A stretch of 64,000 bases of DNA from an uncultured Planctomycetota bacterium (GCA_963845755.1 CAWJTV010000039.1:352001-416000); one strand, 5' to 3'; positions 35,819-48,400 are shown, numbered from the stretch's first letter. Translations and numbers: made by a program. The notes: generated from the sequence alone by a model not told the origin.

Positions 35819-37558
35819 GGGTGGAAGACGCGGTTCGCGCGGCGTTCGATCCCTGGTAAGCTGTCAAGGTGAGTTTCCCAGATTGTCTATCACCCGAAGT
35901 CCAAGGAGGGACCTCCGATGCCTTTCCAGAAGTCACCATCGATGGATCGAGACGGCGTCGAGCGGCTCGCCGAAGGGTGGGGGAAAGTCGTGGCCCGGCG
36001 CGTCCACGATGAGGTCGGGCCCGAGTTGGATCTCGACGCCGACGACATCGAGCAGATGGCCATCACCGCCGCCCGCGCCGTCGCTCGGGGCACCATCGCC
36101 GATCTGCTGGAGCGGAAGGCCGCGCTGCTGGGGCCCGAGCAACCCTGCCCGACGTGTCAGCGGCCTTGCGCCGTACAGCGCGAGCCGCGGGCCATCGACT
36201 TCTGGGGCGGCGCGGTCACCTACGCCGAGCCCCAGTGCCACTGCCCGGCCTGCCGCCGGGATTTTTTTCCCTCAGCGCCCGGCGCTACGGCTGACGTCCC
36301 ATGACTACAGCCCCTCGGTAGTCCGCAAGATCGTCCGTTCCGCCACCCGCGAGCCCTCCTTCCGCGAGGCAGCCGAGGCCGTCGCCGAATTGGCCGAGGT
36401 GGACATCAGCGGCCGGCAACTCGACCGCATCGCCCGCGAACTCGGCGAGCAGTTGCGGTCCCAGCGGGATGAGCAGGTGGACCGCTTCCAGGCCGGCACG
36501 CTCGAGCCGCGCGTCGCGACACGGCCAGCCCTGGCGGTCGTCGAGGTCGATGGCGGCCGGCTCCAGATCCGCGGCGCGGGCCAGGGGCCGGGAGCCCACC
36601 AGGCCGCCTGGCACGAGGACAAGATCGCGATCCTGGCGACGATGGCCCCTGTCGTCTCCGAGTGCGACCCCGAGCCGGAATTGCCCGCCTGTTTCCGCGA
36701 TCGGGCCTACGTCGAGAAGGTCATCGGGGCCATCGGCGGGACCGGACCGATGGGCCCGCCGGCCCCCGAGATCCAGGAGCCCGCCGTGCTGCCGATCCCG
36801 GCCGTCGCCGAGGCCGCCGAGCCGCGCGGTACGCCGGAGCTATCGGTGCGCACCTACGTGGCCACGACCGCCCCGGTCGATCGCTTCGGGCCGATGGTCG
36901 CCGCCGAGGCCCGACGGCGGAACTTCGCCGCGGCCGCCGCCCGGGCGTTCTTGGGGGACGGCTCGGCCTGGATCTGGGGGCTGCACCGCCGCTCTTTCCC
37001 GACCTTCGTGGCGATCGTCAACTTCCTCCACGCCCTGGCCCACCTCTTCACGGCGGCCCGGGTCATGGTCGCCGACACCGAGGGCCGCTGGGAGTCATTC
37101 CAGGCCTGGGCGGAGGCCTGCTGGAACGGGCGGGTCGATCGGGTGATCGCGGAGCTTCGCACCTGGTGTGATACCCAGATCGCCTTGTGCGGGTGCCCGC
37201 TGGAAAGGCTAGCCGACGACGACCCCCGGAGGATCGTCGCGCGGGTGCTGGGCTACCTGGAAGACAACCGGGAGCGGATGGACTATCCGCGCTATCGTCG
37301 CGAGGGCCTCCCGTGGACGACCAGCCACGTGGAGTCGACGGTGAAGATATTCAACCGCCGGGTGAAGGGGTCGGAGAAGTTCTGGAGCGAGGCCGGTGCC
37401 GAAGCGATCCTCCAACTCCGTGCGGCCTTCCTTTCCGAAGATGGCCGCCTGGACCACCACCTCAAGGAGCGGCCCAGCAGCCCGTTCCGCAGCTACAAAG
37501 CCAGGAAGACTGGGGAAGCCGCGTAACTCGTCAGAAAAACGAACCGCGTCTTCCACCC
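35819..37558 (+). mobile_element. Complete insertion sequence, ISKra4-like (IS256/Mutator superfamily), 1740 bp
   Basis: Perfect 19-bp terminal IR GGGTGGAAGACGCGGTTCG / CGAACCGCGTCTTCCACCC; 8-bp direct repeat GTTGGTAC at 35811-35818 and 37559-37566. Confidence 0.92.
35918..37526 (+). CDS. ISKra4-like DDE transposase in two frames joined at a T7 run
   Basis: RBS AAGGAGG; ORF1 has a CPTC...HCPAC zinc finger ending RRDFF; ORF2 has EVDGG, LGDGSAWIW, NFLHA, RMDYPRYRREGLP and VESTVK; +1 shift at 36262-36268. Confidence 0.85.
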
Positions 37559-38202
37559 GTTGGTACGGGGTGAGCGTCCCAATCGCAGGTGGAAAACACA
37601 TCGTGTTCAGTTGATGTATCTGGTTGCCTTAACGCAGGCTTCGTCAGCGGTTTCCGTCGCGACCTTCACCCTTCCTCGCCCGACTCGGGGACGCCGGTAG
37701 CAGGCTTGTACCTTCGGCGACCACGACGGCGAGGCAGGTTTTCCGGCCTTGGGGATGGGGGGTCCGGGCGTGGCACTAAATGGCACTACATGATAACATT
37801 TCGGCGGATCTCCATTCCCCCACTCGCGGTTCTCAGCCCGGGAGCCGGGCGGATCGGCGTGCTCTCGGTGGCAAGGAAGTGAGCGAGATCGACCAAGGGG
37901 ACTCCGACAGCGAGGACGAAGGGTCCGCGGATTCGGGCGCGGTGCCGTGGTCCGACCGTTGAACCACGCATGATTCCGCGCACTATCCACTATTAATCAG
38001 TATGCCACAGGTTTGGGAAAACGTTAATGCACCTACGGCGAAATCGGGCCGATTTTTCGGCGCAACTCTTGGCCCAACCATGCGATAAAAAAATCGAAAA
38101 AAAATTTAAGTCGGGAGACTGCGCCCCCGGACCGTGTGCTCGAGCCGTGGTCACCGGCCGGGCGAAATGTCTCGGTTCCCCGCTACAATAGCGAGGACCG
38201 CA

Positions 38203-39525
38203 TCAACGAGAGGCCACGATGTCCTCCAGTGGCCTCCCGGCTTTATCCACGAGGGAGATGGGACGGCCGATGTTGGACTGGTTTGACTTCGTTGGATCGA
38301 TGCCCAGTGCCAGGCAAACCGTGGCTAGCAGGTCCGGAACCGAAACCGGACGTTGTTCGATGGTCTCGCCCCCGGCGCTGGTCTTGCCGATCACCTGCCC
38401 TCCCTTGATGCCGCCACCACCCAGCACCGCAGTCCAGGCGCCGGGGAAATGGTCGCGGCCTTTGTCTCCATTGATGGTCGGCGTTCGGCCGAACTCGCCC
38501 ATCCACACGATCAGCGTGGTTTCGAGCAAACCACGCTCCTTCAGGTCGCCCATGAGCGTCGCCCAGCCTGCGTCCAGGACCTGGCTCAGGTCGCGAACGG
38601 TCTCGAAGTTGTTCGAGTGCGTGTCCCAGCCGACGCGGTTGATTCCGCCCATGGATACCTCGATGAAGGGTACGCCGCGTTCGACCAGGCGCCGGGCCAG
38701 CAGACAGCCCTGGCCGAATCGGTTGCGGCCGTAGGCGTCGCGCAGTTTGGCCGGTTCCTCGTCGAGATCGAACGCCTTCCCCGCGGATGTGCGCATGAGC
38801 CGGGCGGCCCGCTGGTAGGCGGTCTGATGGCTCGTCGCCGCTGGGCTGGGATGGTCGGTAACGAAGTCCTGCTGCATCTGCTGCACCAGGCGCAGCCGGG
38901 CCTGGAGGTGCTCGCCGCCGATCCCGGTATGCGGCGTCAGGTTCGGAACCCCCAGACTCTGCTCTCGCGCACCGCCATCGCCGACGATCAGCGGAGCATA
39001 ACGCGGACCGAGGAAACCGGGGGACTGGGCCCCCGATTCACGGAATTGGTGGGGCGCGACACTCACGAACGCGGGAAGGTCGGCATCCTCCGCGCGGGTC
39101 TCCTTGGCCACCAGGGCGCCGAGCGTCGGATACTGGATCGGACTCCGCTTCAGGTAGCCGGCGTGTAGATAGTAGTTGGCCAGGTAGTGATCGCCTTCCT
39201 TGCTGGTCATGGAGCGTACCAGGACGAGCCGGTCCATCTGCCGGGCGACCTGCGGCAGGTGCTCACTGATCCGAATACCGGGCACAGCCGTGGCAATCTC
39301 GCGGAAGGGACCACCGTTGGCATGACCGGGCTTGAGGTCGAACGTGTCCATCTGCGAAGGACCGCCGTTCATCCAGAGGAGGATGCACGAGCGTCGGCGT
39401 TTCAGGTCGGTGGCGGCATCCGCCGATAGGGCTCCCAGCCAGCCGGACATCGAGGAGGAGGCGATGCCGCTGGCGGACAGACGAAGCCAATCGCGGCGGG
39501 ACAGGTGCAATGAAGAGCGAGGCAT
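38203..39525 (-). CDS. DUF1501 family protein with Tat-like signal
   Basis: LSRRDWLR, LLWMNGGPSQMDTFDLKP, GQGCLLARRLVERGV, GWDTH, GEFGRTP, GRDH. Confidence 0.92.
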   Translation of the reverse strand: MPRSSLHLSRRDWLRLSASGIASSSMSGWLGALSADAATDLKRRRSCILLWMNGGPSQMDTFDLKPGHANGGPFREIATAVPGIRISEHLPQVARQMDRLVLVRSMTSKEGDHYLANYYLHAGYLKRSPIQYPTLGALVAKETRAEDADLPAFVSVAPHQFRESGAQSPGFLGPRYAPLIVGDGGAREQSLGVPNLTPHTGIGGEHLQARLRLVQQMQQDFVTDHPSPAATSHQTAYQRAARLMRTSAGKAFDLDEEPAKLRDAYGRNRFGQGCLLARRLVERGVPFIEVSMGGINRVGWDTHSNNFETVRDLSQVLDAGWATLMGDLKERGLLETTLIVWMGEFGRTPTINGDKGRDHFPGAWTAVLGGGGIKGGQVIGKTSAGGETIEQRPVSVPDLLATVCLALGIDPTKSNQSNIGRPISLVDKAGRPLEDIVASR

Positions 39526-39577
39526 AAGTGGCTCCTGTTGGTCCGAAAGAGCGACGAGAGTTAGAGACACTTGGGCC

Positions 39578-39644
39578 AGTAGGGTGCTCTGTGAGCACCG
39601 CGGAGTGCCGGCGACAAGGAACGGTGCTCACAGAGCACCCTACT
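39578..39644. repeat. GTAG-type REP doublet (REPIN)
   Basis: AGTAGGGTGCTCTGTGAGCACCG...CGGTGCTCACAGAGCACCCTACT, a perfect 23-bp inverted pair; each half has GTAG plus an internal GGTGCTC/GAGCACC hairpin. Confidence 0.85.
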
Positions 39645-39665
39645 TAACGGAAAGAGACACGAGCG

Positions 39666-41237
39666 TTAATGATTCAGGACGAATTCCGTGCTGTTCAGCA
39701 GCGACCAGAGGATGTCGCGCAGTGCCTGTTTGCTGTCACCGGTCGTGGCGTAGTCGAGCAGGCGCCGGGTCTCCTCGGGCCGCGGTTTGCGCGAGAGCAC
39801 GACCAGGTACAGCTCCTCGATGCGCTGCGCCACGGGCCGGTTGCTGTCGATGACCGCAGCCACGGTCGCACTCCTGGCAGAACTCGTCGCGTCTTCGATG
39901 AACTTGCCGTTCATCATCATCAGCGCCTGCTGGATGGACGCCTGAAAATCAACCGGTTGACTGCTGGGATCCTCGAAGGGGGCCAGGAACGTGGCCCTGG
40001 GAGGACCCACGTGGAAGTCCCCAAATGAGCCGACTTTGGCCGGATCGGACCGATATCCGGTTGCCAGCACCAGGCTGTCGTAGAGTTGCTCCGGCGTCAG
40101 TCCGCGGCTCGCGGCGCGGGCGAACCGTCTCGGATCGGCCTGGCCGGGGTGCGTAAGCCGGCTGGAACGCTGATACGTGTGGCTGCCCGTGATCGCGCGA
40201 ATCAGGAATTTCAGGTCGAAGTCATGCGCGACGAATTGACGGACGAGCTCGTCGAACAACTCCGGATGGCTCGGTGGGTTGTCCACGCTGCCGAGGCCGT
40301 CCACGGGGTCGATCAGGCCGATGCCGTGGAAGTAATGCCACAGGCGATTGACGGCAGCCCTGGCGAACCAAGGATTGTCACCGCGGGCGATCCACTCGGA
40401 CAGAGCTTGACGCGGCGTGACGGTTCGTTGCCAGTTCGGTTCGCCCCCGTCCAGGAAGCGGGCCTTCACCCAGGTGTTCGTACCGCTGATCTGGATGCGG
40501 GCAGGCCCCGCTTCCTGGGGGCGCGGTGGCATGGCCATGCCCCGGTTGCCAGATTCTTCGCGCAGGCCAGTGAAAAAGGCGGCGTACTCCCAGAATTGAC
40601 TCCGTTTCCACGTGCCGCCGGAACGGTCGTCGTGACACTGGGCGCACTCCAGCTTGATCCCGAGGAAGAGCCGGGAGGTCCGGCTGGCCAGGTCCTCGGC
40701 CTTGTTTTCATTGGCCAGATAGATACCCGAGGCGTTCGCATCCGTCAGCAGCCGGCGGACCAACTGGTCGTAGGGAGTGTTGGCCGTAACCTGCTTGCGC
40801 AGCCAGCCTTCGAGGGGGGCGGCCACCGTGTCCGGCTGCGTGGGGGTCTGGGCCAGCAACTGTCGTCGCCAGAAATGGGCGAAGTGCTGGGCGTACAGGG
40901 AGGCGTTCTCGGGACCGTCCAGCAGCTCGTCGACCCACAGCCGGCGCTTGTCCGGACGCGTGTCGTCGAGGAAGTCCACCAATTGAGTGACCGCCGGAAT
41001 CCGGCCGTTGAGGTCGAGGCTCAGCCTGCGAAAGAACTCGGCATCGTCGGCCAGTGGCGCCGGCGGTATCCCGTCCTTCGCCAGCCGGAGGTCGATGAGC
41101 TCGTCGATCCGAGCCGAAAGCGCCTGGGCTTCCTGTTGGGGCGGGACGCCGAAGGCTCGGTTCGGGCCAAGGAACAGAAGGCCCGTCAGGAGCAGGGCGA
41201 ACGAAGTCCAACGTACCATGGGAAAGGTCCTCAACAA
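39666..41237 (-). CDS. DUF1549/DUF1553 (PSD1-type) domain protein
   Basis: ADDAEFFRRLSLDLNGRIP, FLGIKLECAQCHD, NPWFARAAVNRLW, PPSHPEL, WSLLNSTEFVLNH; start may be 41219. Confidence 0.92.
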   Translation of the reverse strand: MLRTFPMVRWTSFALLLTGLLFLGPNRAFGVPPQQEAQALSARIDELIDLRLAKDGIPPAPLADDAEFFRRLSLDLNGRIPAVTQLVDFLDDTRPDKRRLWVDELLDGPENASLYAQHFAHFWRRQLLAQTPTQPDTVAAPLEGWLRKQVTANTPYDQLVRRLLTDANASGIYLANENKAEDLASRTSRLFLGIKLECAQCHDDRSGGTWKRSQFWEYAAFFTGLREESGNRGMAMPPRPQEAGPARIQISGTNTWVKARFLDGGEPNWQRTVTPRQALSEWIARGDNPWFARAAVNRLWHYFHGIGLIDPVDGLGSVDNPPSHPELFDELVRQFVAHDFDLKFLIRAITGSHTYQRSSRLTHPGQADPRRFARAASRGLTPEQLYDSLVLATGYRSDPAKVGSFGDFHVGPPRATFLAPFEDPSSQPVDFQASIQQALMMMNGKFIEDATSSARSATVAAVIDSNRPVAQRIEELYLVVLSRKPRPEETRRLLDYATTGDSKQALRDILWSLLNSTEFVLNH

Positions 41238-41252
41238 GGGATCGAATCCGCT

Positions 41253-44200
41253 TCAAGGCGTCACCACTTGATTGGTCAGGCGTCGGACCGCGCCGCGGGC
41301 GACTCGGGTAAGGCGGGTGCCCGGGCACTCCATCGGCCAGGGACAGGAGCACCTGCCGCGCATTCGAACTCCCCATCAACTCCAGCAGCTCGACCGCGCG
41401 CAGGTTGCGCGTCTGCTCGGCGGTCGGCATGACGAGCTTGTCCAGCAGTCGCTCCACGCGCCGGCGCAGGACCAGGGGCGAATCGCCCTCCAACGCCTTG
41501 CGCAGGGCGGGCTCGGCCAGGTCGCCCAGTCCTTCCAGCTCGGAGCTCCGCCTGACGCCGTAACTCGCCCCGTCCGTTGTCCAGGTCGGCCATAAGCTGT
41601 GCCAGGCGTTTGGAGTCGGGAGAGGCAGCCGCTCGCACGCGCTCCTGGATCAGCGTTATGGCCTGGTCGGAAGAGGCGCTGAGCTTGCGGAGGGCGTCGA
41701 AGGCCCGGGTGGCGTCCTTGCTGGCCAGGTCGGTCCACAGCGCGTTCAGGTCCTCGGGTTGTAGGTTGGACGCGGGGTCAGGTGATGCGCGCCGAGCGCC
41801 GGTCAGCCGGGTCAGGTCCCAGGTCAGCGCGGTGGTGTCGCTCCCGCCGGAGAACAGACGTTTGCCGTCGGGGCTGAACAGCAAGCTGACCACGCCGCCC
41901 TCGTGGCCTTCGAGCTGACCCAGCTCCCGGCCGGCAAGGACGTCCCACAGGTGGATTTCCGGCGTATCTTTGGCTGTTGCCAGGTAACGGCCGTCCGGTG
42001 AGAAGGCCAGGCAGGTGGTAAGGTCCCGCCGCATTTGCATGAATTCATAGGGCCCACCAGCGGTTAGGTGCACGGTGCGTCTTTTCGAGTCGGCCTCACC
42101 GAGCCGGCCACGCTGCGCGCCGGAAACGGCGTCGTACAAGGTTACGGTGTGGTCGGCGTTGAGTGTCGCCAGGCAGAGGCTGTTGGCGGAGAATGCGAAG
42201 CGCTCGATGGCCGGGCCCGACTGGAGAGGAAGCTGCCAGAGGAGGGCCCCCGTCGCCAGATTCCACAGGCAGAGTTGCTGTGTTGACCCTGCCCCGGCCA
42301 GCCAGCGTCCGTCGGGGGAGAAGACCAGATGCGCGAACACCACGCCCGTCACCTCGGTCAGCGTGAGGCTGCCGAACTCCATGCGGTCGCTGGCCTGCGC
42401 CAGCGTATACCGGACCTGCCCGGTCGCCGCGTCCCTCAGTTGCACCTCAGGGTTGGGCCAGAACCGCATCGCGACCAGGGACCCGTCGGGGGAAAGGGCG
42501 AGGGATACAGGGGGGTCGCCGATCTTCCACCTTCTCTCGCCGCCCGCGCCTCGGAGGATGAACTCGCCGTCGGTCGCGAAGCCAACCGCGCCTTCGCGCG
42601 AGAAAACCGCATGGGTCGCGCGGTCCGGAGCCGCCGCGCTGCCCGGTTTCCTTGCCGGAGGCCCAATTCCAAACCCGCACCGGGTCACCGTGGCCGTACG
42701 TGTACAGCGACTTGCCATCGTCGGAGAGGGCCAGGGTTGAGGCCGGCGACTGATGCCCGTTCTCTGTCCCGGGGATTTCCCGGCCCGTGTTGAACCTGGA
42801 ACTGACGTGCCGTTTCGCCGCCCAGGCTACAGATCAGCGTCTTGCCGTCGGCCGAGAAGGCCAGCGCCGGACGGGCGTAGGCGCTCGCCGCGTCGGTACA
42901 CCGCAATTCGAGCTGGGCCTCGGTTGGCTGACCCAGGGGGTAGGTGCATTTGCCCGACGGCAGGTCCCAGAGTTCAATGGTGTGGCTCATGCGGCAGACG
43001 GCGATCGACTGGCCATCGGCCGAGACGGCGATGGCCAGGGCTGCGTCATACGGGCCGTCCCCATCTGGGCGGCGGTGGTATCCCAGCCGGTGCAGCTCCT
43101 TGCCCGTGGTTGCGTCCGATGCCACGACGCCGCGCGCCGGAGAATGATCCCAGAACAGGGTCTTATCGTCCGCGGAGAAGCAAACGATCTGCACGTAGCC
43201 GATGCCCGCGTCGATCTGGGTCTGTTCCTTGCCGGTCGCCAGGTCCCTGACGTGAATCAACAGGTTATCCGCGGGACGCGTCATGTAAGCGAGGTACTTC
43301 CATCCGGGAGAGACGAGCGCGTTCTGGTCGTTGGCGACATTGCTGCCGCCGGCCCTGGCCTCGCTGCGCCGGACGCACTGGCCGGTCGCTACGTCCCAGA
43401 CGGCGATGGTCTCACCCCCGGTACCGAGAGTCAGCAAGGCCCCGGCGTCGGCCGAGAAGATCAGTTGGAGCAACCGTTTCTGCCCGGTCTGGAGCTGGTG
43501 CAGTCTCTTGCCGCTGGCCGTCTCCCACCAGCAGACGACCTCGCCCCGCGAGGTCGCAACGAATCGGCCATCCGGAGAAAGAGCGGCCAGGCTGTTCAAT
43601 GCCCGGTCTTCCCGCGCCTGGTACTCGTATTGTTGCATGGTCCCGTCCTGGGTGGGCCCCGGCTCGCCGCTCGGCTGCGCCTCACCCCAATCGAAACGGC
43701 GGAGTTCCTTGCCCGTGGCGAGGTCCCAGAGACGGACCGTCCTGTCCCGGCCCGCCGTCACGAGCTGACGCCCGCCGGGCATGTAGGCCGCGAACGAGAT
43801 GACGTCGCCATGTCTCAGTTGCGTCGAACCCATCCGGGCGAGGACGCCGCTGGGCAAATGCTCGCCGAGGACGTCGGCGTGATCCGGCCGCGCTGCGGGT
43901 TCTTGCTCCACGGTCTGGATGGGCGGGCTGGGCGGTGAGGCCGCCTTCAGCAGCATCGTGGCGCCGGTCCCCAGCATCGCGGCCGTCACCAACACGGCGG
44001 CGGCGATCTTCAGTTTGTACACGAACATCGTCCGGAAAGTTCCTTTGGCCAGCGCGACCGCCCGGGTCGAAACGACGCCCGCAATACCGGCTTCTGCGCT
44101 GTCAAACCACAGGGCCGTGCGCACGGTGTCCGAGAGCAGTCGCACGGGCACACCGGCTTCCGCCCCGGCGGAGGCCAGCAAGGTGGCGATGCCCACGGAG

Positions 44201-44811
44201 GGGACGGCATAGCCGCGCCGGGCCAGGCAGGCACGGAGGCGCTCCCTCGCCTGGGCCAGCCGCGCCGACATCGACCCCCGCGGACAGCCCAGGACCTCCG
44301 CGGCTTGCTCGTTCGTCTTGCCTTCGAGGTAACACAGTACGAGAGGAAGGCGGTGCTTCTCGGGGAGTCTCTGGAGCTCCTCGTCCAGGATGACGGCCTG
44401 GTCGCTCGGGGTCGTGCCGTGATTCTCGGTCCCGGGCCGGCTTCGGGCGGCCTGCGCCTCGCGACGCAGCCGCCGGGCCTCGTTGGTGCGGATGCGAAGG
44501 GCCAGGCGGTACGCGACCGTGTACAGCCAGTTCCCCAACGGTTTGCCGTGGTCGAGCGAAGGAGCCTTGCGCATCAGGACGAGGAAAGCGGCCTGGAAGG
44601 CATCCTCGGCGGCCTGATCGTTGCGCAGCACGCGGCGGCAAACGCCGAGGACCATCGGTCCGTGCCGGGCCACCAGCGCCTCGAAGGCCAGCTCGTCGCG
44701 CTCGGTCGCGTAACGCTCGAGCAGTTGCCACTCGGACAGGCCGGCGAGACTCCCCCGCTGCAAGAGCCGTTCGATCTGCTGCTGAACGATGCCGTAGGGT
44801 TGCCTCGCCAT
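41253..44811 (-). CDS. ECF sigma factor fused to TM helix and WD40 repeats (several frameshifts)
   Basis: AFEALVARHGPMVLGVCRRVL, AEDAFQAAF, LPEKHRLPLVLCYLEGKT; TM helix; LPSGVLARMG; WD repeats; C-terminal LWTDLAS...RAVELLE. Reconstructed stop at 41253-41255. Confidence 0.85.
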
Positions 44812-45469
44812 GGGACATCACTCCTCAAATGACAATTGTAAAACATCGGCCCGACAATTGCCAGTGATTCTGCAATCTTCGCCCTACCGGATCCCGACCC
44901 GTGGACGCCCGCGCGAATCCGCAGGCATGAGCAGGGATCAAGATGACGGGGTTCGGATAGGGCTTAGCCATGCTCGCGACCTCGGGGCCTGCGACCTTCG
45001 CCTACCCATATACAGGCAGGAGAGACCGCGAGCAGATAGGAACTTTCGAAAAAAGTGGGGGTCAGCGAATCAGCCGGTTGGCCGTTCGATGTCCTCGCCG
45101 GGAATCTTCGAGGGAATCCCACCATTCTGGTCGAGACTTGGGATGCGGGACGGGCAGAACCGGGTTGAACGCGCCGCTGTTCAGGTTGATGCGCGCCGGG
45201 AGAGATGCAGCCACCGGTGCGTGGCCGAGTCCCATCGCCCCGACGACCTGGAAGCACCTCCACGAGCAACCCGCGGGCTCAACCCGACCACCCAGGCTTA
45301 CCCTGGTGCGGCGATGAGCGGACAGCCTCCATCGCCGATGGTGGGGTGTGTGTGATTCCCAGTCATGGGATAATCCAATCCATCGGCCTCGCGGACGGGT
45401 TGGTGGGGGTCCACGACGTCGCGGACCCTGCGCCTACCCCCTCGCGCCGACTTCCAGGAGAGTTTCCCC

Positions 45470-48400
45470 ATGGCAGCCGCCCACGACTTGCTCTTCGGCC
45501 TACTGGCTCTGCAGAACGGCTTGATCGACCAGGTCCAGCTCGTCGCGGCCTTTCAGGCCTGGACTCGTGCCAGGGACCGGCCGCTGGCCGAGCACCTGGT
45601 CGCCCGTGGCGATCTGGACGCCGAGCAGCGCGCGGGCGTCGAAGGGATGGTGGTTCTCCATCTCAAGAAGCATGGCGGCGATCTCGAGAAGAGTCTGGCG
45701 GCCATCCACGCCGGCCGCTCCACGCACGAGAGCCTGGCGCGGGTGGCCGATTCCGACATCGAGGCCTCACTCGTCCACCTGGGGCCGGCCTCAACTCAGG
45801 CCAATGAAGACTTAGACCGTACCGCCAACTATTCGGTGGGCACCGCCACCTCCGACGGCCAGCGGTTTCGCGTACTCCGGCCTCACGCCCGGGGTGGGCT
45901 GGGAGCCGTCTTCGTCGCAATGGACACCGAGTTGCACCGAGAGGTGGCACTGAAGCAAATCCTCGACAAGCATGCGGACGATCTGGTCTGCCGACAGCGG
46001 TTTCTCCTGGAGGCCGAGGTCACCGGTGGGCTGGAGCACCCCGGTATCGTCCCGGTGTATGGCCTGGGAACCTACGCCGATGGCCGCCCTTTCTACGCCA
46101 TGCGGTTTGTCGGCGGAGACTCACTCAAGGAGGCCGTCGCCCGATTCCATGACGGCGATGCGCTGAAGAGGGACCCGGGCCGGCGGTCGCTGGAACTGCG
46201 AAAGCTCCTGCGGCGGTTCCTCGACGTTTGCAACGCGATCGAGTATGCGCACAGCCGGGGCGTGTTGCACAGGGACATCAAGCCGGGCAACGTCATGGTC
46301 GGCAGACACGGCGAGACCCTCGTCGTCGATTGGGGGTTGGCCAAGGCGCAGGGCCGGGCCGACGCGGCCGGATTGTCCGGCGAGCGGCCACTCGTGCCCA
46401 GCCCGGCGAGTGGATCGTCCGAGACGCTGCCGGGATCGGCGCTGGGCACGCCCGCCTACATGAGTCCCGAGCAGGCCCGCGGCGAGCTCGATCGGCTGGG
46501 GCCACGGTCCGACGTCTACAGCCTGGGAGCCACGCTCTACTGCCTGCTGACGGGCAAGCCCCCGGTCGAATCCGACGACATTGGTGAGGTGCTGCGACAC
46601 GTACAACGAGGCGACTTCCCACCACCGCGCAAGCTCGACACCTCGATCGATCGGGCGCTCGAGGCAATCTGCCTGAAGGCCATGGCGCTCGAGCCCGACA
46701 ACCGCTACGGCTCGTGCAAGGCACTCGCTGACGACGTCGAGCACTGGATGGCCGACCAGCCAGTGGCCGCCTGGCGCGAGCCCTGGACACGGTCTCTGGT
46801 GCGCTGGCTGACGAGGCACCGTACAGGCGTGACGGCTGCCGGCGCCGCGATGCTGATGGCCCTGGTCGGCCTGGGAGCCGTGTCAGGAGTGCAGGCGCGG
46901 GCCAATGGCGAGCTCAGGAGGACCAACGACGCGCTGTTCGCAGCCAATACGCGAGTCGTCCAGGCCAACGTCGATCTGAAAGAGGCCAACGACAAAACGA
47001 ACCGGGCCAACCAGGAACTCCAGGCTGCCAATGTCCGCGAGCGGCAGAGGTTCGATCTTGCGATGGACGCCATCAAGCTGTTCCATGGCGAGGTCAGCAA
47101 GGACTTGCTGCTCAAGCAGCGCCAGTTCGAAACGCTCCGGGGCAAGCTGCTCCAGGGGGCGGCGGATTTTTACGGCAGGCTGGAGAAACTGCTCAAAGAC
47201 CGCAAGGACCAGGATTCGCGAGCCGCGCTGGGCCGGGCCTACGAAGAGCTGGGAGAGCTGACGATCGACATCGGCAACTCCAACGAAGCCCTGGCGGTGT
47301 TCCAGAAGGCGATCCAGGTTCGGCAGGCGCTGTCTCAGGACTCGCGCGCGGATGATACGATCAAGCTCGACCTGGCGCGGAACCTGAGATCCCGAGGATT
47401 CCTGCTGGAAGGGATGTCCAACCGGCCGGCGGCCACGGCGTCCTACGAAGAGGCATTGGCCATCGTCAAGACACTGAAGCCCACGGATGGCATGACCGAG
47501 CCGCTCTTCCGGGTCGAAGCCCGGATCACCCACAGTATCGGCTGGCTGCATCACGCGATGGGTAACGAAGAAGAGTCGGTGGCATGGCTGCGCCAGTCAT
47601 GCAAGATCCTCGAGAAAGGCCTCGCTTCCGGATTGGGACAGACCGCTTCACCCCCCGACAAAGAATCTCTCCTGTTTCTCGTGAACACGCTCAACGCGCT
47701 GAGCGGTCCCCTGGGCGCTCTCATCAGATTGTCCGAATCGCTGGCGGACCAGCAGCGAGCGCTCGAGATCACGCAAAGGCTGGTCGCCTCCGAGCCCAGC
47801 GACCCTACGATCCTCAACAGCCGCGCGGTCACCTTGTATAACATCGGGGGATTATACCGGAGCATGGCGCGGTCGGCCGAGGCGTTCTCGGCGTTCCGCG
47901 CGGGCCTGGACGTCCTGGAGAAGCTGGTCAACGACTATCCCGCCGTCGTCGAGTATCGTCGGTTCCAGGCCAGGTGTTTCAATGGCTGCGGCGACACCGC
48001 TCAGGAGATGGGGCGCCCGGTCGAGGCACTGGCCTACTTCCACGAGGCGCTCGCAGCCTGGAAGAGGGTTGTCGCCGATAATCCAGACCGATACGCCGAA
48101 CCTGTCGAGCTGGCGAGCGCGCATAACCGGATCGGTTGGCTTCAGTTCGGAATGGGACGGATACCGGAGGCCCTGGAGCAATACGAGGCTGCCCGAGTGG
48201 TTCTCCAGAACCTTCTGGATCGCTACCCTCCCCACATCTTGCCCAGGACCCGGAGCGAGCTCTCGAACATCTTGATCAACATCGCCGAGCTCCAGCGCAT
48301 GCAGGGACGACTGACCGAGGCCCGCGCGAATTGCGATAAAGCAGTCACGATCCGGGAGGCTGTGATCAAGGAGTTCCCCGAGGTCGTCGGTTATCGCGTC

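Noticed and set aside
35394..35917. N-terminal extension of the 710-aa transposase ORF
   Set aside because: It lies largely outside the IS left end and antisense to korA; the real start is ATG 35918 with an RBS.
37567..38200. Possible small gene or structured RNA (hammerhead-like CTGACGA plus stem on the minus strand)
   Set aside because: The GAAA core after stem II is missing, and no recognisable RNA family or credible ORF is present.
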